Shown in pieces: positions 48,279 through 57,310 of a DNA stretch of 64,000 nt. The translations under genes were made by a program, and so were the position numbers. Within the stretch, counting starts at the first letter, position 1. Every line of letters starts with the position of its first letter. The notes under the pieces were generated by a model. That model made no database searches. It was not told where the DNA came from and worked only from the letters and a program-made list of their open reading frames with translations. The stretch comes from Patescibacteria group bacterium (lineage in GTDB: Bacteria; Patescibacteriota; Patescibacteriia; UBA9570): NCBI GenBank assembly GCA_041665365.1, contig JBAYIY010000003.1:4260-68259 (forward strand), read 5' to 3'.

Positions 48279-48350
48279 CCAGTGAGGGGGTATTGGCAAC
48301 CTGGAATTTATCTCTTTAGTCTTACCCCCAACCCCCTTGCAGGGGGCTTA
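48279..48350. repeat. partial/rearranged copy C of the MITE-like element (one arm CTTACCCCCAACCCCCTTGCAGGGGGCTTAG plus an inverted left-end fragment CCAGTGAGGGGGTA)
   Basis: Matches the reverse complement of the right arm of copies A and B. Confidence 0.45.
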
Positions 48351-48386
48351 GATTAATGATAAAGTTCTTTTAAGAAGCGCCGCCTT

Positions 48387-48800
48387 GTGAGGGGGCGTTT
48401 TATGTACTTAAAAGAACCTACTCAAAATCAGATTAAATTACAACATAAACTACAATTGTTAGCACGTAAGTTACGAAATAATCCTACTCAAGCTGAAGTG
48501 GTGTTATGGAACAGATTAAAAGAAAAACAACTTGGTTGTAAGTTCAGACAGCAATATCCACTCTTTCAATTCATTGTAGATTTTTATTGTTCATCTCATC
48601 GATTAATCATTGAGGTCGATGGTTTAATCCATGAACAACAACGTGATTATGATCAGTTACGTGATCAGATAATGATGCGACATGGTTACTCAGTGATGAG
48701 ATTCGCGAATGCTGAAATCATGAATGATCTAGATAAGGTAATCGACAAGATTAAGGAGAAACTAAATGGATTTACCCCCTCACTGGAATTTACCCCCTAG
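48387..48800 (+). CDS. DUF559 domain protein (Vsr-like PD-(D/E)xK endonuclease fold)
   Basis: ..LARKLRNNPTQAEVVLWNRLKEKQLGCKFRQQYPLFQFIVDFYCSSHRLIIEVDG..HEQQRDYD..RD..GY.VMRF matches the DUF559 signature; the last 10 codons and the stop lie inside the MITE-like element. Confidence 0.75.
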   Translation: MRGRFMYLKEPTQNQIKLQHKLQLLARKLRNNPTQAEVVLWNRLKEKQLGCKFRQQYPLFQFIVDFYCSSHRLIIEVDGLIHEQQRDYDQLRDQIMMRHGYSVMRFANAEIMNDLDKVIDKIKEKLNGFTPSLEFTP

Positions 48801-48872
48801 CCCCCTTGCAGGGGGAATAAGATATTTAAACCACTTTTTCTTAGCCCCCTGCAAGGGGGTTGGGGGTAAAGT
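48769..48872. mobile_element. MITE-like ~100-bp hairpin-rich repeat, copy B
   Basis: About 90% identical to copy A; supplies the 3' end of the DUF559 ORF and lies between convergent stop codons. Confidence 0.6.
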
Positions 48873-48876
48873 TAGA

Positions 48877-49533
48877 TTATTGGCAAACCGTCACGATATT
48901 CCTATTACCCTCACCTAACTCATTTTTTATAACCCGTAAACCGGCGTGTTTACACAACTCAGCCAATTCTGTAAAGGTGAATTTATGATAGTAACGCTTG
49001 GCTAATACCTGGCCCTGACCGTTTTTCCACGGGACTAAATAATCACCCGGATCATAACCGGCACCAGCCACCGGGTAACTCTCTGGAATATTCCAGTTAA
49101 GCATAAATAAAACTCCACTTGGTTTTAAAACTCTGGTCATCTCCTGAAGGGCGGCTTGGCGATAAACGTCTGAAGGAATGTGCTGTAAACTAGCCACAGC
49201 TGCTACTACATCAAAAGATTGATCTGGATAAGGTAATTTCAGCATCGAACCATAATCAAAGTGATATAGCGGATGTAGTTTTTTAGCATGATCCAACAAT
49301 TGACGAGACAGGTCTAAACCGGTATAGTCAACCGCCGGAATGGCAGCAATTAGCCGGCCATTACCACAACCTATATCCAACAGTTTAATTTCCCCTACCA
49401 TCACATTTATGATATCAACCAGGTATTTAAATTCATCCCATTGGTACGAGCGGGTATGAGAAAATTGATCAGCAATATTATTATAATCCTGCTCTAATTG
49501 TTTAATAATTTGATCAGCGAATGAAACAAGCAT
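48877..49533 (-). CDS. class I SAM-dependent methyltransferase
   Basis: Motif I LDIGCGNGRL; ..SFDVVAAVASLQHI..; ..VLKPSGVLFM. Confidence 0.75.
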   Translation of the reverse strand: MLVSFADQIIKQLEQDYNNIADQFSHTRSYQWDEFKYLVDIINVMVGEIKLLDIGCGNGRLIAAIPAVDYTGLDLSRQLLDHAKKLHPLYHFDYGSMLKLPYPDQSFDVVAAVASLQHIPSDVYRQAALQEMTRVLKPSGVLFMLNWNIPESYPVAGAGYDPGDYLVPWKNGQGQVLAKRYYHKFTFTELAELCKHAGLRVIKNELGEGNRNIVTVCQ

Positions 49534-51062
49534 TACAAGAATTAATTCAATTAGCTATTGAGCGCAGTGTAGCAGATGCGCCAGCTTTGCGTACAGTCAA
49601 AGCCGAGATTTCCAAGAAATATAAAATGGCTATGCCCACTAATGCTGAATTATTGGCGGAATTAAAAAATTTAAAAATCACCGATGCCCGGTTGCAAAAA
49701 TTGTTGCAAATTTGTAGTGTGCGCACATTATCTGGTATCGCACCCATTACGGTTTTAACCAAACCATATCCTTGCCCGGGTAAATGTATTTATTGTCCGG
49801 CTGAGCAAAACATGCCGAAGAGTTATATTGATACTGAACCGGGAGCCATGCGCGCCTTAGGCTTACAATTTGATCCGTATTTACAAGTGACCAAACGGAT
49901 TGAAGCGTTGGAACAAAATGGGCACATTCCGGAAAAGTGCGAGTTAATTGTATTAGGTGGTACGTGGACAGCCTATCAAGCAGATTATCAAGAATGGTTT
50001 ATGAAACGCTGTTACGATGGGTTTAATTTTGATGAAGTGGGGGCGGCTACGTTAGATGAAGCTAAGACTAAAAATGAGACAGCCCAGTATCGGGTAATTG
50101 GTTGCACTTTAGAAACCAGACCAGATCATATCACTCAGGCTGAGGTGAAACGTCTGCGCTGGTTTGGAGCCACACGGATGCAGTTAGGTGTGCAGAGTTT
50201 AAATAAACATGTGCTTGAATTGAATCGACGGGAACAAACTAACGAACAAGTGCAAACCGCGACTAAATTATTAAAAGAAGCCGGTTTGAAAATCACTTAT
50301 CACATGATGCAGAACTTACCCGGTTCCGTACCCGAGAGTGATCTGCAAGATATTAAAACCATTTTTTCTCATCCGGGTTATCAACCGGATCATATTAAAA
50401 TTTATCCCTGTGTGGTAGTGAAATCAGCTCCGTTGTATCGTGATTGGCAAGCCGGTCGGTTTAAATCTTATACTCCGGAAGTGTTGCTGAATTTATTGGT
50501 AGATATAAAACAACAGGTGCCGGCGTATGTGCGCATTGAAAGATTAGTGCGCGATATTCCAGAAAATTCTATCGTGGGCGGCAATGTAGTGACTAACTTG
50601 CGCCAGATTATGCAGCAAAAGGGAGTACAGTGTGTTTGCATTCGCTGCCGTGAACCGCGCAATGATTTAAGTGGCTTAGATCAAGCTGAGTTGGTCACGC
50701 GTGACTATGACTCGGCTGATGGGACAGAGTATTTTATCTCTTTTGAAAATACAGAGCACACAAAGATATTTGGATTTGTCAGATTACGCTTACAACACCG
50801 CACGCAACATTGGTATGAAGTCTTACAAGATGCCGCCATCATTCGAGAGTTGCATGTTTATGGCCAACTCGTACCGGTAGCTGAGGATGGCACAGCTATT
50901 CAGCATAAAGGGATGGGTAGAAAATTAATGGAACAAGCTGAGACCATTGCTCAGAATCATGGGTTTAAAAAAATTGTTGTGATTGCTGGTGTGGGGGTAC
51001 GGAAATACTATGAAAAGTTGGGTTATCAGCTCGACCAGGAGTATATGGTCAAAAAGTTTTAG
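49521..51062 (+). CDS. ELP3-family radical SAM plus GNAT acetyltransferase (tRNA uridine(34) modification homolog)
   Basis: Radical SAM region (..YPCPGKCIYCP..) with ELP3-like architecture and a C-terminal GNAT fold (..HKGMGRKLMEQAE..); 513 aa. Confidence 0.75.
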   Translation: MKQALQELIQLAIERSVADAPALRTVKAEISKKYKMAMPTNAELLAELKNLKITDARLQKLLQICSVRTLSGIAPITVLTKPYPCPGKCIYCPAEQNMPKSYIDTEPGAMRALGLQFDPYLQVTKRIEALEQNGHIPEKCELIVLGGTWTAYQADYQEWFMKRCYDGFNFDEVGAATLDEAKTKNETAQYRVIGCTLETRPDHITQAEVKRLRWFGATRMQLGVQSLNKHVLELNRREQTNEQVQTATKLLKEAGLKITYHMMQNLPGSVPESDLQDIKTIFSHPGYQPDHIKIYPCVVVKSAPLYRDWQAGRFKSYTPEVLLNLLVDIKQQVPAYVRIERLVRDIPENSIVGGNVVTNLRQIMQQKGVQCVCIRCREPRNDLSGLDQAELVTRDYDSADGTEYFISFENTEHTKIFGFVRLRLQHRTQHWYEVLQDAAIIRELHVYGQLVPVAEDGTAIQHKGMGRKLMEQAETIAQNHGFKKIVVIAGVGVRKYYEKLGYQLDQEYMVKKF

Positions 51063-51079
51063 TGTGCTAGAATAGGCAG

Positions 51080-52327
51080 ATGTTAGAACATTTACGCCAC
51101 CAAGACCCGGAGCTGGCCGGTTATATCACCAGTGAATTAGATCGACAGCGTCATAATTTAGAGTTAATTCCCTCGGAGAATTTTGTCTCATTGTCGGTGT
51201 TAGAAGCGTTAGGGAGTATTTGTACTAATAAATATTCAGAAGGCTATCCCGGTAAACGTTATTACGGTGGTAATCAATTTATCGACAAAATTGAGCAATT
51301 AGCCATTGATCGAGCCAAGCAGATTTTTGGCGCCGAGCATGTGAACGTGCAGCCATTATCTGGTGCACCGGCTAACTTAGCGGTTTATACAGCTTTGCTA
51401 CAACCAGGCGATACAGTGTTGGGGATGGATCTTACGCATGGTGGCCACCTTACACACGGGCACCCGGTGACCTTCATGGCTAAAGTATATAATTTCATTC
51501 GTTATAAAACTAAACCGGATGGTTTAATTGATTTCGATCAAGTGCGTGCCTTAGCCTTAGAACATAAACCAAAATTAATTCTGGCCGGTTTTTCAGCCTA
51601 TTCACGTGAGTTGGAGTATGAAAAATTCCAAGCTATTGCCGATGAAGTTGGTGCTATGACCATGGCCGATATTGCACACATTGCCGGTTTGATTGCGGCC
51701 GGTGAATTAAAAAACCCGGTACCGATTTTTGATGTTGTCACTACTACCACACATAAAACATTACGCGGTCCACGCGGTGGTATGATTATGTGTAAAGCCA
51801 AACATGCTGCGGCTATAAACAAAGCGGTGTTTCCTGGTGTGCAAGGTGGCCCGCATGAACATCAAATTGCGGCCCTGGCTGTGGCGCTTAAAGAAGCGAT
51901 GACACCAGAGTTTAAACAATATGCTAAGCAAATTCGTTTAAATGCGCAGGTGTTATGTACTGAACTTAAAGCCGGAGGTTTAACTATTATGCATGGTGGT
52001 AAAACAGATAATCATTTGCTTGTGGCTGATGTTACTCCCTTAGGTATTACCGGTAAAATCGCGCAGACGGTATTGGATGAAGTAAACATCACGTTAAACA
52101 TGAACACCATTCCAGACGATCCACGTGGGCCAATGGATCCATCCGGTATTCGTTTAGGTTCGCCACCAATGACAACGCGCGGTATGAAAGAACCAGAGAT
52201 GAAAATCATCGCTGAGTTGATTCTAAAGACATTGAAGAATCATAATAACGAGACAATTAAACAAGAGGTTAAACAAGCCGTGATTGCGTTAACCGATAAG
52301 TTTCCGCTGTACCCGGAGTTAGGTTAA
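51080..52327 (+). CDS. glyA: serine hydroxymethyltransferase
   Basis: ..LELIPSENFVS..; a PLP-site T(T)THKTLRGPRGG-type region; full-length SHMT similarity. Confidence 0.95.
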   Translation: MLEHLRHQDPELAGYITSELDRQRHNLELIPSENFVSLSVLEALGSICTNKYSEGYPGKRYYGGNQFIDKIEQLAIDRAKQIFGAEHVNVQPLSGAPANLAVYTALLQPGDTVLGMDLTHGGHLTHGHPVTFMAKVYNFIRYKTKPDGLIDFDQVRALALEHKPKLILAGFSAYSRELEYEKFQAIADEVGAMTMADIAHIAGLIAAGELKNPVPIFDVVTTTTHKTLRGPRGGMIMCKAKHAAAINKAVFPGVQGGPHEHQIAALAVALKEAMTPEFKQYAKQIRLNAQVLCTELKAGGLTIMHGGKTDNHLLVADVTPLGITGKIAQTVLDEVNITLNMNTIPDDPRGPMDPSGIRLGSPPMTTRGMKEPEMKIIAELILKTLKNHNNETIKQEVKQAVIALTDKFPLYPELG

Positions 52328-52328
52328 T

Positions 52329-53384
52329 ATGAGTTTACAAATTGGTATTGTTGGCTTGCCGAACGTGGGGAAATCCACTTTGTTTAAGGCGCTGACAAAA
52401 ATTCAGGTTGATGCCAGTAATTATCCATTTTGCACCATTGACCCGAATGTGGGTGTAGTGGCTGTGCCGGATGAACGCTTACAAAAATTAAGTGATTTAT
52501 CGCACTCGGCGAAAATGGTTCCGGCGGTGATTGAGTTTGTGGATATTGCTGGGTTAGTGGCTGGTGCCTCAAAAGGGGAAGGGTTAGGCAATAAATTTTT
52601 AGCCAACATTCGTGAAGTTGATGCCATCATTCAAGTAGTGCGCGAGTTTACTGACAATAATGTGGTGCATGTCCATGGTAAGGTTGATCCTAAAACTGAT
52701 ATTGAGGTAATCAATTTAGAATTGATTATGGCGGATTTACAACAAATCCAAAATGCGACGGAAAAGTTAGGTAAAAAAGTGCGGGCGCAAGATAAAGGAG
52801 CGGTCGCAGAATTGGCGGTTTTGGAAAAAATTAAAACCGCTCTTGAAGCCGGCCAATTAGCCAACACAGTGGCATTAGATGCAGAGAAAGAAGAACCATT
52901 GATTAAACACCATAGTTTATTAACACGAAAACCAATTTTGTATGTGGTTAATGTTGATGAAGCGGTGCAGGCCAAAATTATCATTCCCGGAGCGGTGACA
53001 ATATCGGCGAAAATAGAATCGGAATTAGTGGAGCTTTCGGCTGATGATGCTAAAATGATGATGGATGAATTAGGTATGACAGAAACCGGTTTGGAAAAAT
53101 TAATTACCGCGTGTTATAAATTATTAGATTTACAATCATTCTTGACCACTGGTGAAGATGAAACCAGAGCTTGGACAATTAAACGCGGCACCAAAGCCCC
53201 CCAAGCCGCCGGTGTGATTCATTCTGATTTTGAACAAAAATTTATTCGCGCTGAAGTGATTAATTGGCAAAAATTACTCGAAGCCGGTGGTTATCCAACT
53301 GCGCGTGATAAAGGTTGGCTACGCATGGAAGGCAAAAATTATGTGATGCAGGATGGGGATGTGGTGGAGTTTCATCATGCTTAG
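52329..53384 (+). CDS. ychF: redox-regulated ATPase YchF (Obg-like GTPase family)
   Basis: [15 protein letters not shown]-loop and a TGS-like C-terminal domain. Confidence 0.9.
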   Translation: MSLQIGIVGLPNVGKSTLFKALTKIQVDASNYPFCTIDPNVGVVAVPDERLQKLSDLSHSAKMVPAVIEFVDIAGLVAGASKGEGLGNKFLANIREVDAIIQVVREFTDNNVVHVHGKVDPKTDIEVINLELIMADLQQIQNATEKLGKKVRAQDKGAVAELAVLEKIKTALEAGQLANTVALDAEKEEPLIKHHSLLTRKPILYVVNVDEAVQAKIIIPGAVTISAKIESELVELSADDAKMMMDELGMTETGLEKLITACYKLLDLQSFLTTGEDETRAWTIKRGTKAPQAAGVIHSDFEQKFIRAEVINWQKLLEAGGYPTARDKGWLRMEGKNYVMQDGDVVEFHHA

Positions 53385-53510
53385 ACCTCTCCCCTAACCC
53401 CTCTCCTTCTGAAGGAGAGGGGAATAAGAAAAATAATGTTGAATCTATTTTTGTGTTCTTACTCCCTACTCTCCTGATGAAGGAGAGGAGGGCTGGGGAG
53501 GAGAGGTCTA
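53382..53510. repeat. composite nested-hairpin repeat R2 (outer IR TAGACCTCTCC/GGAGAGGTCTA; shares hairpin CCCCTCTCCTTCTGAAGGAGAGGGG with R1)
   Basis: The outer inverted repeats contain the TAG stops of both convergent genes (ychF and the methyltransferase). Confidence 0.55.
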
Positions 53511-54611
53511 GGTTCGTTTCAAAAAATAAATTTTCCGTAACACCCTAGCCTGATCGCGACCATAGAAAATCGGTTTATGAAATACCGTGAAGCCGGCTTG
53601 TTTAATGGCTTGGTCTAAATCCATTTGGAGTATACCCTGAGATTGTTTCCAAGCTGGTAGTGCTAACACCATACGGCCAGTTGGTTTTAACAACTTAGAT
53701 AATTCTATAAAAACTTTACTATAAAAATCCGTGAGTTGTTGTTTGATTTGGTTAATGTTATGTAACTGTACCGGGCCAAGTGTACCTTCTCCCACAATAA
53801 CATCAACAGCTTGATTTGATAAATGATCTTTTAATTTTAAAACATCCGCACAGATTAATTTGGCTTCAGGTAATTTTGCCCATGATAAATTGGCTTGCGT
53901 ATCGGCAATACACTGTGGGGAAATATCACTGCCAACTACAGAGGTATAACCTAATTGTAATGCTTCTTGCACAACTGTGCCGGAACCACAAAATGGATCC
54001 AAAATGGTATTAGATTTCATCGGACGGGCAATATTTAGCATCATTCTGGCTACTTTGGGTGGCAGCATGCCGGAAAAACTATCTCGCTTAGGGCGGCCAT
54101 AATCGTTCTGAGAAAAGGTTTTAAAATCTTGCACTGCAGTAGTGCGACCGAAAATGGTTTTATCTTTATAGAGAGCCACAATAAAATCGGTTTGATCGCG
54201 TAACAAGTGTTCTTTGGTGACAATGACTGATGATAAATTAGTTTCATTACTCACCACAAATCTAACCGATCGACCACCCTCACGTAATTTTTTTTTCCAA
54301 GTTAAACCCAATTCCCGTAGTTGATGGTTTTTATCATTAATCATACTAGCTGATATTGTCTCATCACCGGCATACACACTGAACCCAAATACCAATTTAT
54401 GATCAGCCGGAATCTGTTCTAATAATTGATAAATTTCATCAATGTTTCCATCAATCTGGTCGGCAATTTTAACCGTACCACCCAAATCCCGTAGGGGTAA
54501 TTCATGAATTACCCCTACGGGATTTATCAACACAACCTGTCCACCGGTGTAATCCACACCCAATTCCAAAGCGGACAATTCTGGGGTGTTTCCTAAGACA
54601 GCAAGTTTCAT
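53508..54611 (-). CDS. class I SAM-dependent RNA methyltransferase, Trm11/RlmL-like (N2-guanine type) with a putative N-terminal THUMP-like region
   Basis: Motif I ..ILDPFCGSGTVVQEA.. is typical of THUMP-associated N2-G methyltransferases; its N-terminal region carries the in-frame palindrome (..PVGVIHELPLR..). Confidence 0.55.
   Translation of the reverse strand: MKLAVLGNTPELSALELGVDYTGGQVVLINPVGVIHELPLRDLGGTVKIADQIDGNIDEIYQLLEQIPADHKLVFGFSVYAGDETISASMINDKNHQLRELGLTWKKKLREGGRSVRFVVSNETNLSSVIVTKEHLLRDQTDFIVALYKDKTIFGRTTAVQDFKTFSQNDYGRPKRDSFSGMLPPKVARMMLNIARPMKSNTILDPFCGSGTVVQEALQLGYTSVVGSDISPQCIADTQANLSWAKLPEAKLICADVLKLKDHLSNQAVDVIVGEGTLGPVQLHNINQIKQQLTDFYSKVFIELSKLLKPTGRMVLALPAWKQSQGILQMDLDQAIKQAGFTVFHKPIFYGRDQARVLRKIYFLKRT
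54484..54525. repeat. 42-bp perfect palindrome AAATCCCGTAGGGGTAATTCA|TGAATTACCCCTACGGGATTT inside a CDS, in frame
   Basis: Read from the sequence; encodes NPVGVIHELPLRDL in the methyltransferase. Confidence 0.65.
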
Positions 54612-55543
54612 AACCGGTGTGTCTTATACCAGTTTACAAATTGTGTCAAACCGACTTGGAGTGATGTGGTTGGCGAATAGTCTAATAATCTTCGAGCTTT
54701 ACTGATATCAGCTAGAGTGTGTTGCATCTCGCCAGTTTGGCTGGGTTGTGGCTCGATCACGGCGGTTTGACCGGTAATATTTTCTAAAGTTTTGATAAAG
54801 TCATTCAATGATACAGCTTGGTGGTTACCTAAATTAATTATTTCAAAATCTAACGGGTGATTGATAGCCGCCATAATTCCAGAAATAATATCCTGAATGT
54901 AAGTATAATCGCGGCTGGTAGTACCGTCACCGAATTTATGAATCGGTTTATGGTTTAACACGGCTTCAGTAAATAAATATGGGGCCATATCCGGGCGGCC
55001 CCTTTCGCCATACACGGTAAAGAATCTCAATATGGTGGTGGGTAATATTTTTTTGGATAGGTACTGTTCAGCTTGTAATTTGTAGACGGCATAAGGTGAT
55101 ACAGGAGATAGATTAGTGATTGATTCTGAGAAGGGGGGAGTGATGTTACCATACACCGCCGAGGTTGAGCCAAAAATAAATTGTTTCACCCCAAACTGTT
55201 TGGCTAAATCGACTAATTGTTTTGTCCCTTCATAATTGACTCTTTTATATAACGCCGGATTCTGCACAGACGGACGCACCCCAGCGCGCGCCCCCAAATG
55301 AATCACCACGTCAGGCTGATGGGTTTCAAATATTTTTTCTAAACTTACTCGATCACAAATGTCGGTTTTATAGAAAGTATAATTTTTGTAAGCTGAAAAT
55401 AATTCCAAATTTTGTATTTTAAACACCGGATTATAATAATCATTCATTTCATCGACATTAACAATTACATGACCAGCTTGGTGTAGCGCTTGAATGAGGT
55501 GTGAACCAATAAACCCAGCGCCACCGGTAACTAGGATAATCAT
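54608..55543 (-). CDS. NAD-dependent epimerase/dehydratase (SDR family, UDP-sugar 4-epimerase-like)
   Basis: ..[13 protein letters not shown].. Rossmann motif and a YxxxK-type catalytic region; 311 aa. Confidence 0.8.
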   Translation of the reverse strand: MIILVTGGAGFIGSHLIQALHQAGHVIVNVDEMNDYYNPVFKIQNLELFSAYKNYTFYKTDICDRVSLEKIFETHQPDVVIHLGARAGVRPSVQNPALYKRVNYEGTKQLVDLAKQFGVKQFIFGSTSAVYGNITPPFSESITNLSPVSPYAVYKLQAEQYLSKKILPTTILRFFTVYGERGRPDMAPYLFTEAVLNHKPIHKFGDGTTSRDYTYIQDIISGIMAAINHPLDFEIINLGNHQAVSLNDFIKTLENITGQTAVIEPQPSQTGEMQHTLADISKARRLLDYSPTTSLQVGLTQFVNWYKTHRL

Positions 55544-55545
55544 AT

Positions 55546-55782
55546 TTAACTTTTAGCCGGTTCAGTTATTTTGGCTATTATGGCCAGTATCATTACAAGC
55601 AACATAAAAGACCAGGGACCAAAAGCGCGGGTGGGGGCTAAGATCTGATCTTCATAATAGGGATCACCTAACAAAGTAGTGTCACCTAACAAAGCTAAAT
55701 AAATCACCCACAGTGATAACGACACCAATAGTATTACTATCAGGTTAACGCAGACTATATATACGATAGGTTTGGTTTTCAT
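55546..55782 (-). CDS. small two-TM membrane protein, hypothetical
   Basis: ORF with two hydrophobic helices; overlaps the 3' end of the upstream gene by 38 nt. Confidence 0.3.
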   Translation of the reverse strand: MKTKPIVYIVCVNLIVILLVSLSLWVIYLALLGDTTLLGDPYYEDQILAPTRAFGPWSFMLLVMILAIIAKITEPAKS

Positions 55783-57310
55783 ATATTTGGGGGAATGAAG
55801 CTGGCTGAGCGGTTTGCCAAATAATGTCAGCTTGAGAGCCTTTCGGCATGATTAAATAACTTAAGTGGTATTGTTGTGCGGCTGGGTAAGCTTCAGGTGA
55901 ATTTGGTTTGGCTATAATATTATAGAATGCTTGGACACGCAAATATTCTGCACTAGTCTGGTCAGTAAATACGGTTTTGTATAAAGAGCTATTAGCTTTA
56001 AATGATTTTAAATTGCGATGATTCAAATTATACCAAGGATATGATGCAATTGGTCCATCGTACCACAAGGGGGCAAACGTAATTTCTCGATTGGCCGCGG
56101 CCATAATACCCACTAGCACACCATCATTAGGTTGGTTGGTATTTAACCACTGCACCGCTGTGATAAATTCAGCTTGTGGTTTGAATCTATTACTCCAACC
56201 GGTGATATCGTCTTTTATGTAAACAACGGTATGCGCTAATTGAGCACTCCAGATTAATAAGACACATCCTAACCATAACCACGCCGGCCATTTAATCATC
56301 GTGCGTAATTGTTCAATCCCAACGGCAGCTAATAAGACTACTCCCAACCAACAGTAAGCCACAAATCTATCCGGTAATAGTATCCAACCAATCACAGATA
56401 GATGACCCATAATTAGGGGAACAACTAACCAACTAATCATCAAACCATACACCGCTGATCTTTTATCTTTATAAAATAACAAACCAATTACGGCCAGTGC
56501 CGCTAAACCATAACCAAGAAAGGCCGGGTGATCGTACAGTGGGTGATCATAGCCGGAGTAAGCGCCACTCTTAAACAAATTAACCGCCTCATGCAGTGAC
56601 ACTGGCAATATCTCAAACTGCCACACCAAGCCAAAACCAACTAAACCTAAAATACCAATCACCAGTTTCCATTTCCAGTTAGGCAGATACCATAAATAAA
56701 ACCACACGGCACAGGTAACGCCAGCTACGCCAAAACTCAATGAGTGAATATAGCCTAATAATCCAGTGACCGGTATAACCAAAAACCATAACCACCAGTT
56801 TTTTGTAGTAACAATCAGGGCTAGTGATAAAACTAAAATGCTAATCAAACAATACCCAATTAAATTTTGTGGGGTTAGAATCTCAGCGCGCAATACAATT
56901 GGTACCAAACTGGTACTTAAACCAGTTATAGTAGCCACCAACAATGAACGTGATGTGACCCAACCAATTGCCCATAGCACACCAGCTAGTGTCATTAAAG
57001 TTAACACTAATACAACCGGCACTAAGTGATAGCCGGGTACATGGGTTAGTTTGATGATTCCGGCCAGGAAATATTGCAAACCTGGATAGGTACTAGAGGT
57101 CCAACAGATATTAAAATTATAACCTAAATCTCCGGTGTGTCCTGTACTGAATTGGCCGGTATCAGCTAAAGTCTGCGCGCCACACGACCAACCACCAGCA
57201 TCCGGCGTGGTTAAAAACCAACCATACATGAGGTACGGTAAAACACCAACCAAGCCAGCTTGAACCAGCACAAGCACCAGTGAGATAATTACCTTAAATG
57301 GTTTCGACAT
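55745..57310 (-). CDS. polytopic integral membrane protein, possible GT-C-type glycosyltransferase (ArnT/PMT-like)
   Basis: About 12-13 TM helices and ~520 aa, embedded in a glycan-synthesis operon; family assignment is by architecture and context only. Confidence 0.4.
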   Translation of the reverse strand: MSKPFKVIISLVLVLVQAGLVGVLPYLMYGWFLTTPDAGGWSCGAQTLADTGQFSTGHTGDLGYNFNICWTSSTYPGLQYFLAGIIKLTHVPGYHLVPVVLVLTLMTLAGVLWAIGWVTSRSLLVATITGLSTSLVPIVLRAEILTPQNLIGYCLISILVLSLALIVTTKNWWLWFLVIPVTGLLGYIHSLSFGVAGVTCAVWFYLWYLPNWKWKLVIGILGLVGFGLVWQFEILPVSLHEAVNLFKSGAYSGYDHPLYDHPAFLGYGLAALAVIGLLFYKDKRSAVYGLMISWLVVPLIMGHLSVIGWILLPDRFVAYCWLGVVLLAAVGIEQLRTMIKWPAWLWLGCVLLIWSAQLAHTVVYIKDDITGWSNRFKPQAEFITAVQWLNTNQPNDGVLVGIMAAANREITFAPLWYDGPIASYPWYNLNHRNLKSFKANSSLYKTVFTDQTSAEYLRVQAFYNIIAKPNSPEAYPAAQQYHLSYLIMPKGSQADIIWQTAQPASFPQIYENQTYRIYSLR

